Positions 42,911 to 50,730 of a DNA stretch of 64,000 nucleotides are shown one piece after another; the stretch's first letter is position 1, and each line of letters begins with the position of its first letter. The position numbers and the translations under genes are program-made. The notes under the pieces were generated by a model that worked only from the letters and a program-made list of their open reading frames with translations, was not told where the DNA came from and made no database searches. This DNA comes from Vulcanimicrobiota bacterium (GTDB lineage: Bacteria > Vulcanimicrobiota > Vulcanimicrobiia > Vulcanimicrobiales > Vulcanimicrobiaceae). The stretch is from positions 1 through 64,000 of the forward strand of contig CAWCIZ010000002.1 of assembly GCA_963795855.1 (NCBI GenBank). Reading direction: 5' to 3'.

Positions 42911-44596
42911 GTGATCAAGCACGACGTCGTCGTCATCGGTGGCGGCTTGGCCGGCATGCGTGCTGCTGTCGAGGCAGCCGAGCGCGGTGCCGACGTCGCC
43001 ATCGTCAGCAAGATGCACCCGGTGCGCAGTCATTCCGGCGCTGCGCAAGGCGGCATCAACGCTGCTTTGGGAAACCGCGAAGAGGACACGCCGCAGAACC
43101 ACGCCTTCGATACGGCCAAGGGTTCGGATTATTTGGGCGATCAGAACGCGATCGAAGCAATGTGCGAAGACGCGCCGCGCCAGATCATCTGGCTCGAGCA
43201 CCGCGGCTGCATTTTCTCGCGGATGCCCGACGGCCGCATCGCCCAGCGCCCGTTCGGCGGCGCCGGCTCGCCGCGCACGTGCTATTCCGCGGACGTCACC
43301 GGCCTGGTCATTCTGCACACGCTTTGGGAACAGCTCGAGCGCTTCAACGTCAAAGTGTACGAAGAGTATTTCTGCACGGCGCTCTGCATCGAAGACGGCG
43401 TCGGAACCGGGGTGGTCGCGTACAACATGCGTAACGGCGAACTCGAGCTGATCAACGCCAAAGCGACGATTTTTGCGACCGGCGGTACGGGCCGTATGTA
43501 CATGAAAACGACGAACGGCTACGCATCCACGGCCGACGGTTTGGGCATCGCCTTTCGCGCGGGCATTCCCATCATGGACATGGAATTCGTGCAATTCCAT
43601 CCGACCTCGCTCAAAGAAAACGGCGTGCTCCTTTCCGAAGCGGCGCGCGGCGAAGGCGCGTATCTGCTCAATGCCGCCGGCGAGCGCTTCATGTTCAAAT
43701 ACGCGCCGAACAAAGGAGAACTCGCATCTCGCGACGTCGTCTCGCGCGCCGAATGGACCGAGATTTTGGAAGGCCGCGGCGTCGACGGTTGCGTACTGCT
43801 CGATTTGCGTCACCTTGGCCGCGAGAAGATTCTCGAACGGCTGCCGCAGATTCGCGAACTGGCGTTGGACGCCACCGGTAAAGATGCGATCGACAGCCCC
43901 ATCCCGATTCTGCCCGGCATGCATTATACGATGGGCGGCATCGAAACCGACATCGACGGCGCGACGCGCGTCCCCGGCGTTTATGCGGCCGGCGAATGCG
44001 CTTCTCCGAGCGTCCACGGCGCGAACCGCCTCGGCGGAAACTCGCTGCTGGAAACGATCGTTTTCGGCGCGCGCAGCGCGAAGCACGCGGTGGAGTACAT
44101 CAAATCGGCGGGCAACGTCCGTCCGTCGGAGCGCACGCTCCAAGCCGAAAAAGATCGCTTGAACAAATGGCTCTCCAAGAGCGGCGGCACGCGCGCTCCG
44201 CAGTACCGCGCCGCGATGAACCGCACGATGAGCGAGAACTGCTTCATCTTCCGCAACGAGGCGCAATTGCAGAAGGCGGTGGACGAATTGCTCGACGTCC
44301 GCAAGCAGTTCGACCAAAACGTGTACGTCATGGACAAGTCAAAGACGTTCAACACCGACTTGGTGAACACGATGGAGACGGACTTCCTTATCGACGCCGC
44401 GATGTGCGTCGCGAATGGAGCGCTGGCGCGGCAAGAATCCCGCGGCGCGCAGGCGCGCACCGACTACCCGGAGCGCGACGACGACAAATGGATGGTGCAC
44501 ACCTTGGCATGGCGCCAGGACGGCCAAAATCCGAAGCTCGACTATTCGCGAAGCGTCACCATCACGAAGTGGCAGCCTCAGGTGAGGACGTATTAA
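42911..44596 (+). CDS. sdhA: Succinate dehydrogenase/fumarate reductase flavoprotein
   Basis: GGGLAG, RSHSGAAQGG, QFHPT, SEAARGEG, HYTMGG, HGANRLGGNSL. Confidence 0.96.
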   Translation: MIKHDVVVIGGGLAGMRAAVEAAERGADVAIVSKMHPVRSHSGAAQGGINAALGNREEDTPQNHAFDTAKGSDYLGDQNAIEAMCEDAPRQIIWLEHRGCIFSRMPDGRIAQRPFGGAGSPRTCYSADVTGLVILHTLWEQLERFNVKVYEEYFCTALCIEDGVGTGVVAYNMRNGELELINAKATIFATGGTGRMYMKTTNGYASTADGLGIAFRAGIPIMDMEFVQFHPTSLKENGVLLSEAARGEGAYLLNAAGERFMFKYAPNKGELASRDVVSRAEWTEILEGRGVDGCVLLDLRHLGREKILERLPQIRELALDATGKDAIDSPIPILPGMHYTMGGIETDIDGATRVPGVYAAGECASPSVHGANRLGGNSLLETIVFGARSAKHAVEYIKSAGNVRPSERTLQAEKDRLNKWLSKSGGTRAPQYRAAMNRTMSENCFIFRNEAQLQKAVDELLDVRKQFDQNVYVMDKSKTFNTDLVNTMETDFLIDAAMCVANGALARQESRGAQARTDYPERDDDKWMVHTLAWRQDGQNPKLDYSRSVTITKWQPQVRTY

Positions 44597-44689
44597 ATGG
44601 CGCTGCATCATAGACTCCGCGCCCCCCAAGCACTCGAGGCGCACACATCTACTGCTAGCGCAAACACTCCCCGAGGGCGCCGCAATGGC
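44596..44689 (+). repeat. 88-bp insert flanked by AATGGC direct repeats, reading as a 31-aa coupled mini-ORF (44597..44692)
   Basis: AATGGC at 44596-44601 and 44684-44689; removal restores a TAA-ATG junction. Confidence 0.5.
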
Positions 44690-45644
44690 TAAGATCAAAC
44701 TCGACATCTTCCGCTTCGACGAAGCCGTCGACGACGTTCCGCATCGCGATCTCGTCGAGGTCGACGTACCGGAAACGACGACCGTTCTCGACGCGCTCGA
44801 GGAAGCCAAAGCACAGGTCGACGGATCGATCAGCTTCCGCCGCTCGTGCCGCTCGGCGATTTGCGGCTCGTGCTCGATGAATATCAACGGTGTGACGGGA
44901 CTGGCGTGCAAAACGCCGTGCAACACCGTCATGGACGATGACGGCGCGATTCACATCGATCCGATGCCGAACTTTCAGCCGATGCGCGATCTCGTCGTGC
45001 ACATGGACCCGTTCTGGGACAAATACACGCGCCTCAAGCCCTATCTGCAGCCTGCGGACAAGGACGAGGAGCATCAAACGGAGCGCCGCGTCAGCCCCGA
45101 GGACATGAAGAAACTCGTGGATGTGGCAAACTGCATCATGTGCGCTACGTGCTACGCGCTTTGCCCCGTGGTCAGCGTCGATCCGGCGTTTGCCGGGCCC
45201 GCCGCAATCGCATACGCCTACCGCTTCATCGAAGACGTCCGCGACGGCCAGCGCACCGAACGCCTCGCGCAAATAAACGAAGATTATTTGTGGCTCTGCG
45301 CCCACTGCTATGCGTGTTCGTACTGCCCCAAACACGTCGATCCGCACTGGCGCATCGTCGACGTCAAGCGCGCAACCATCAAGGATCGCGTGATGATGAA
45401 CGAACGCGGTCCGCGCCATGCGCTGGTCGTGAACAAAACGGTCAAGCAGACCGGCATGCTCGCCGAAACCGAACTGATCATAGGCACCATCGGCCGGTTC
45501 AACATTCGCGGACTGCTCAAAACGGTGCCGCTCGGCTTGCGCATGGCGGCCAAAGGCAAGATGCCGCCGCCGTTCCTCAAACCGATCCCCAAGGTCGACG
45601 AAGTACGCACCATATTCGAATCCTTGGAGGTCCCCGTCGGCTAA
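44685..45644 (+). CDS. sdhB: Succinate dehydrogenase Fe-S subunit with C-terminal extension
   Basis: SCRSAICGSC, CIMCATCYALCP, CAHCYACSYCP. Confidence 0.94.
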   Translation: MAKIKLDIFRFDEAVDDVPHRDLVEVDVPETTTVLDALEEAKAQVDGSISFRRSCRSAICGSCSMNINGVTGLACKTPCNTVMDDDGAIHIDPMPNFQPMRDLVVHMDPFWDKYTRLKPYLQPADKDEEHQTERRVSPEDMKKLVDVANCIMCATCYALCPVVSVDPAFAGPAAIAYAYRFIEDVRDGQRTERLAQINEDYLWLCAHCYACSYCPKHVDPHWRIVDVKRATIKDRVMMNERGPRHALVVNKTVKQTGMLAETELIIGTIGRFNIRGLLKTVPLGLRMAAKGKMPPPFLKPIPKVDEVRTIFESLEVPVG

Positions 45645-45645
45645 T

Positions 45646-45826
45646 ATGAATCGTAATCTTTCAAGCGCAGTGCCTTGTCTCGGACGGAGCGCCTGTTAAA
45701 TGAATCGAATCTTTCAAGCGCAAACCTCGGGGAGAGCTGTGCGTTATGCGCAGACCTCCGGCGCCCGCTTTTGGGGGCCCCGGCTTCGCCGGGGGGCGCG
45801 CAGTCTCGGACGGAGCGCCTGTTAAA
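45646..45826 (+). repeat. Tandem REP/MITE-like units (54 and about 127 bp) with shared ends
   Basis: ATGAATCG(T)AATCTTTCAAGCGCA and GTCTCGGACGGAGCGCCTGTTAAA each occur twice; unit 2 has a hairpin-rich core. Confidence 0.75.
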
Positions 45827-46777
45827 ATGAGCACCACTTTACTACCCGAAGAGCAGCCGAAGAATCTGCACCGCCGCTCGCACAGCGCGGAGACCAAACG
45901 CTACGGGTTCTTCCCGGGCTGCGTCGCAAAAGAGTCCTGCAAAGAGCTCTTCAACTCGACGATGCTGCTCGCGGACAAATTGGGCATCGAACTCATCGAA
46001 CTCACGGCGGCGTCGTGCTGCGGTGCGTCCGTCGTCAACGACACGAACCGCGATATCGCGCGCGTGCTTAACGCGCGCACGTACGCGCAAGCGGAAGCAC
46101 TCGGACTCGACGACATCATCACAATCTGCTCGACGTGCACCGGTCACATGCGCGCCGCCAACAAAGAGTTGCTGGATTCCGAAGAAAAATTAACTCACGC
46201 GAACTCGATTCTCGGCAAGTTCGGCGCGAAGTACGACGGCGGCGTGATGGTGCGCCACCTGCTGTGGATGCTCATCGACGACATCGGTCTGGACAACTTG
46301 CGCAAGATGGTCGTACGGCCGCTCAACGGTTTGAAGGTTGCGCCGTTCTACGGGTGCCACATCATCCGGCCGGAGAGCGTGAACGGCTGGGAATCCGCTC
46401 GTAATCCACACTCGCTCGAAGACGTCATAGATGCGCTTGGCGGCGAACCGGTCGATTATGCCGGCAAGACTCGCTGCTGCGGATTTCACATCCAGCTCGA
46501 AAAAGACGGCGTGGCCGCATCGATGGTCGGCCAAAACATGCGCATGGCCAAAGACAAGGGCGCGGAGGCGGTCATCACGCCGTGTCCGCTCTGTCATCTC
46601 GCACTCGACGGGTATCAGCAGGATGCCGCCTCGCGCTGGGGACGGACCGATCTTCCGACGTTCCATCTGCCGCAATTGGTCGCGTACGCGCTCGGCGTTC
46701 CGGCGGAAAAGCTCGGCTTGAACAAGCATCTGATCGACCCGCGCGGCGTGATGGTCGAACGCGATCTCATCGCGTAA
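45827..46777 (+). CDS. HdrB-like CCG-domain subunit (type E SDH anchor)
   Basis: FFPGC, SCCG, CSTC, PFYGCH, RCCG, TPCPLC, HLPQLVAYALG. Confidence 0.88.
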   Translation: MSTTLLPEEQPKNLHRRSHSAETKRYGFFPGCVAKESCKELFNSTMLLADKLGIELIELTAASCCGASVVNDTNRDIARVLNARTYAQAEALGLDDIITICSTCTGHMRAANKELLDSEEKLTHANSILGKFGAKYDGGVMVRHLLWMLIDDIGLDNLRKMVVRPLNGLKVAPFYGCHIIRPESVNGWESARNPHSLEDVIDALGGEPVDYAGKTRCCGFHIQLEKDGVAASMVGQNMRMAKDKGAEAVITPCPLCHLALDGYQQDAASRWGRTDLPTFHLPQLVAYALGVPAEKLGLNKHLIDPRGVMVERDLIA

Positions 46778-46913
46778 GCGCACCCTTCTCAAGCGCCGAT
46801 AGGTCGGACTTCCCACGCGCCGGTGAGGCCGGCCGACCGGCCCATCCAATTCATTCGCTGCGTCCGCTTTTGGAGTATGATGGCCCGGCACCACCCCCGG
46901 TGCGGGAGGTCAG

Positions 46914-47753
46914 ATGTCTGTCCTCAGTTCCGTCGCGCCCTCGATTCCGAAGAGCCCGCGCTTTCCACGCAATATCGCCGAGCGAATCGTCAATCGGTAT
47001 CGGATGCAAGCCGCAGCCGCGCGGCTTCGCAGACTTCCGCCCGACGAACGGGGAGAACGCTACGTCGACTATGGCTGGCTCAAACTGCTTTTCAGCGACG
47101 ACGGCGATAAGCAAGAGCTGTACTATCACGCGCATTCGAGCGAATATTACGCAAATGATTTTCCGATCTATTCGAAACTCTTGAAACCCGGCGACGTCGC
47201 AGTCGACGTTGGAGCGAATCTTGGGTGGACGGCAGTGCTCATGGCGTCATTCGTCGGGAGTGCCGGACACGTTTTCGCTTTCGAACCGGCGAAATCGATC
47301 TTCGCCAAATTGCTGAAGACGATCGCTGCGAACGGACTCGAGGCGGTGATCACGCCGCTCAACCTCGCTTGCGGAGGCGAGGCGGGCTGCTGCATGCTGA
47401 ACCGCGTTTCGACGTCGTCGGGCAACAGTTCGATCGTGAACGCCGCCCCCGGCGCGCAAACGGAATCGATTGACGTCGTACGCCTTGACGACGTTGCCGA
47501 ATTAAAGGAGCAAAGGATCACGCTCATCAAAATCGACACGGAAGGATACGAACCCATGGTGCTCGCGGGGTCGGCAGCGCTCATCGCAAGGGAGAAGCCG
47601 TTGATATACTTGGAGATGGGCGGCGACTATTTGCAATCGACGTTGGAATCGCGGCGCATCCTCGAAGCATTCGGCTATCGGCTCAACTCGCCCAAAGATG
47701 TGGACTGGAGCAGAGTCGGAAACGGTTCGAACTTCTTGGCCGTTCCGGTTTGA
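46914..47753 (+). CDS. FkbM family methyltransferase
   Basis: VDVGANLG, VFAFEP, IKIDTEGYE. Confidence 0.92.
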   Translation: MSVLSSVAPSIPKSPRFPRNIAERIVNRYRMQAAAARLRRLPPDERGERYVDYGWLKLLFSDDGDKQELYYHAHSSEYYANDFPIYSKLLKPGDVAVDVGANLGWTAVLMASFVGSAGHVFAFEPAKSIFAKLLKTIAANGLEAVITPLNLACGGEAGCCMLNRVSTSSGNSSIVNAAPGAQTESIDVVRLDDVAELKEQRITLIKIDTEGYEPMVLAGSAALIAREKPLIYLEMGGDYLQSTLESRRILEAFGYRLNSPKDVDWSRVGNGSNFLAVPV

Positions 47754-47769
47754 AAAATCGGACGGGCGG

Positions 47770-48119
47770 ACTACGCCGTTACCACGTTTTGAACGCAGCG
47801 ATTCAAGCATCGCATCGCGCATGAAGTGCACCATTTGTGCCTGATTGAAGCACTCCGTATAACAGTCAGCTCGGCAGGGAAGCGGCTCACAGTCATCCCC
47901 CACCACGATTGGAGCTTACTCACCGTCTCAATTGGCGTATACCGTGAAAAAGCCGTCCTCGTCGTATCTCACGAGGGCGGCTTTGCGGCGTTGCGGTTGT
48001 AGCGTTTTTTCGACTCGTGCGCTTCGGCTTGGGCGCAGATTTTGCGCGGGGCCTTTCAACGGCATGAGGCAGGCCTTTTTCGTCGTTTTCGTTTCATCGC
48101 AGGAACCTCCGCGTATAGT
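47770..48119 (-). pseudogene. Decayed copy of the two small genes at 50275..50728
   Basis: Colinear similarity with two internal deletions and frameshifts. Confidence 0.85.
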
Positions 48120-48268
48120 ATGGCGTCATTCGTCGGGAGCGCAGGACACGTTTTTGCTTTCGAATCGGCGAAATCGATGCCTCGCCAAATTGCTAAAGAC
48201 GATCGCATGCGAACGGGCTCGACGCGGTGATCGCGCCGGTCAAACCTCGGTTGCGGAGGCGGGCCGGC
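48120..48268 (+). pseudogene. Diverged fragment of the FkbM gene (copy of about 47241..47388)
   Basis: ATGGCGTCATTCGTCGGGAG...TTGCGGAGGCG aligned, with indels. Confidence 0.85.
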
Positions 48269-48367
48269 CTAACGGATGGGTCAAGTCCAAACAAAATTTT
48301 ATTTCACTCGACTCACCGTCTGTGCTGGCCTCGTGAACGGTGCGACGTCGCAATTAGCCGCATTCCG

Positions 48368-48535
48368 CTAGGCTTGCGCAACCAGTCTTTTAAGGTGGGC
48401 GGCCAGAACGTCAACGGCTTCGCTCGTGGGCGGTTCGTTGCGTTCCCGCCGCAAAATTCCGGAGGCGATGTTTTGCGCATCAATCTTAGTGAGAAAGCGC
48501 TCTTTCTCAATGATATCTTTAGCGGCCTCGTTCAC
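48368..48535 (-). CDS. Small hypothetical protein (55 aa, below ORF-track cutoff)
   Basis: MNEAAKDIIEKERFLTKIDAQNIASGILRR...LKRLVAQA; possible true start at ATG 48563 via a 1-nt frameshift. Confidence 0.4.
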   Translation of the reverse strand: MNEAAKDIIEKERFLTKIDAQNIASGILRRERNEPPTSEAVDVLAAHLKRLVAQA

Positions 48536-48559
48536 CCGTAGCCATACTCGCAGTCTGCG

Positions 48560-48820
48560 TCATGTGAGTTCAGTCCCACACTCCACGGCGAACATTTCGG
48601 CGCACGGAAAACGGCGTATCTTTACGAACCCGCAAGCACGAAACTGCTCCTCAACCGAAGTTGCGTCGTGTGGGCTCGTGATGTAGGTCACAACGCTGCG
48701 GCCTTCATCGATCGCGAGATTGTAATAGTGCGCCGCATCGGAGGATATCCCCAGGTCTTTAAAATGATCCCTACTGCGCGCATCCAGTAGATACGGGTTC
48801 AGGGCCAATGTCGTTCCCAT
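48560..48820 (-). CDS. Small hypothetical protein (start uncertain)
   Basis: Protein-like C-terminal half of ORF 48560..49087 (FKDLGISSDAAHYY). Confidence 0.45.
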   Translation of the reverse strand: MGTTLALNPYLLDARSRDHFKDLGISSDAAHYYNLAIDEGRSVVTYITSPHDATSVEEQFRACGFVKIRRFPCAEMFAVECGTELT

Positions 48821-49454
48821 CCCGGGTACGTTGGTGCCGTGCGATCCCGATGCAACCGGTGAACCGCGAAATGGAATAAAATGGATTCGTGAACGTGCGG
48901 GGATTTGGCGCACGCGCTCTGTACTAAACAGCGTTGTGCGGCTGGGTTCCAGACCGGCACGTTGTGCCAATATCTTTTCGACTCCGCTTCGTCGGCTATG
49001 CGCGCGATTGCGGCGATAAGAACGTCCGGCATAAACTCTCTCTAAGGTACGGCGTACGGTCAGTGATTTGCCGGACATGGTCAGCACCTATGTTCCCGTA
49101 AGTATGCTCTCGAATCGCCGAAATAGCAAATAAACGCGCCGCAGTAAGATCTATCGAGATTCGATAATCCATGATATCGATTACGCGTGTTCGCAGACGC
49201 GAGTGCCCATCTTGTTTCGGTGCTCTTGATTAGCGTCGCCCCGGATGACTGCGCATATCTCGTCGAGCAAGGCGCGGATTTGATGAAGCATAAGCACGAC
49301 CTGCCGGCGTTCCCTGAGGGCGATACTACTTATCACCTACTGCCGCGCCGGCCGAACGACTTCGTCAAGGGCGAGATTGACGTTCTCAAGCAGAAGGCCT
49401 GTAAACCTTGCGGATTACAGGCCTTTGCGATTTTTTCACCCGATCGACTAACAG

Positions 49455-49910
49455 CTACGGCGTTTTTGTGTAGACCATCGCGGGCTCGCGATGAGCAACG
49501 CTGCGGCCCTCGTCGAGATCCAGCAGGTCAGGCCACGTCGTTACATCGGTCCGATCGGGAGCGATGCGAGTGCGTAGTGCAGTGAAATGCTGAAGTGATT
49601 CGCCCTTGGGAACGCTGGTCATCCAGCGTTGGTTAAAGGAAGCAAGTTCGTCCGGCGATTTCTTCCCGACGAAGCCTTTTATGTAGCCCTCGATCTCCGT
49701 ATCGCTCTTCGCGACCTTCAGGAATTCCAGAAAATCTGAGGCTTTCATGCCAAGAAACTCGAACAGGCCTTCATCCATTGCGGAAGGGTACTCGTACTCC
49801 CCTATGGTTCCGTGCGCTAACGCTTTGGCTTTATCGGTGGTTCGCGCCAGTTGCACAAGGCCGAGGAGTTTCTCTCGAACGCTGCGCGGCGTTGTTTGGG
49901 TGAGATTCAT
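49455..49910 (-). CDS. DUF5069-like protein
   Basis: PRSVREKLLGLVQLARTTDKAKA...GEYEY..MD...FLG...DLDEGR. Confidence 0.75.
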   Translation of the reverse strand: MNLTQTTPRSVREKLLGLVQLARTTDKAKALAHGTIGEYEYPSAMDEGLFEFLGMKASDFLEFLKVAKSDTEIEGYIKGFVGKKSPDELASFNQRWMTSVPKGESLQHFTALRTRIAPDRTDVTTWPDLLDLDEGRSVAHREPAMVYTKTP

Positions 49911-50274
49911 CTATTCCATACTTTCAGAATTGTTATTCCGACTGTACGAACCGCGCGACTGCAATTAAGTTGCGAAAACGAAGAATGCAACGTATTAGAG
50001 GGTTTCGCAATGCTTTGTCGGCGGCTTCCGCTCGCTTTAAAAAGTCGGCCAACGTTCACTGAAGCTAATCCGACTCCCGCGCACGATTGCAGTTTAGAGA
50101 TCGGCGTCTTGACTCATCCGTCGCTCGTATTCGACTTCAACCCTTTTAGGCGCGATTCAATCTAATTGCCCAAATCGGCATGCCATTATAACTCGTTTTA
50201 GTGTGCGCGAACCGCCTCGTATGGCGTGCCGTCTTTTTAATCGCTTGAGGCAGCTGCGGGATCGGACCGCTCGG

Positions 50275-50496
50275 CTATGCCGTTACCACGTTTTGAACGA
50301 CGACGTGCACGGATGCAACCCCGCGCGGCTCGATTTGAATTCGTTCCCCGTCGAAGACGATGATCGGCTGGCTCTTACGCAGCGATTCAAGCATCGCATC
50401 GCGCATGAAGTGCGCGATCTGCGCTTGATTGAAGCACTCCGTAAACGTCCGGCCGTCGTGCAGCGTAACAGTCAGATCGGCAGGGAAGCGGCTCAC
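50275..50496 (-). CDS. Small hypothetical protein
   Basis: GGAGG RBS, GTG start overlapping upstream TGA; homologous decayed copy at 47.8 kb. Confidence 0.65.
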   Translation of the reverse strand: MSRFPADLTVTLHDGRTFTECFNQAQIAHFMRDAMLESLRKSQPIIVFDGERIQIEPRGVASVHVVVQNVVTA

Positions 50497-50705
50497 AATC
50501 TCATCCTCCAATACGATTGGAGTGTACCGCCCCGCTCAATGGCGTATACCGTGAAAAAGCCGCCCTCGTCGTATCTCGCGAGGGCGGCTTTGCGGCGTTT
50601 GCGGTTATAGCGCTTTTTCGATTCGTGCGCTCCGGCCGGGCGCAGATTTTGCGCCGGACCCATCCTCGGCACGAGGGCGGGCTTTTTTCGTCGTTTTCGT
50701 TTCAC
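50493..50705 (-). CDS. 70-aa highly basic protein, candidate ArfA/BrfA-like ribosome-rescue factor
   Basis: GGAGG RBS 7 nt before GTG; HESKKRYNRKRRK motif; internal intrinsic terminator. Confidence 0.6.
   Translation of the reverse strand: MKRKRRKKPALVPRMGPAQNLRPAGAHESKKRYNRKRRKAALARYDEGGFFTVYAIERGGTLQSYWRMRL
50551..50591 (-). terminator. Intrinsic terminator inside the basic ORF
   Basis: Minus strand AAAGCCGCCCTCG-10nt-CGAGGGCGGCTTTTTCAC. Confidence 0.8.
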
Positions 50706-50730
50706 GCGGAAACCTCCGCGTCTAGTATAC

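Noticed and set aside
45646..45826. CRISPR mini-array
   Set aside because: Only two units, very unequal spacers, no cas genes
45827..46777. Methanogen-type heterodisulfide reductase pathway
   Set aside because: No hdrA or mvh genes; context fits a CCG anchor of SDH
47241..48268. FkbM repeat pair as a DGR template/variable repeat
   Set aside because: Mismatches are not adenine-specific, indels are present, and there is no reverse transcriptase in the window
49187..49585. Ankyrin-like ORF (LVEQGADL)
   Set aside because: Single weak motif, overlaps the DUF5069-like gene; unsupported
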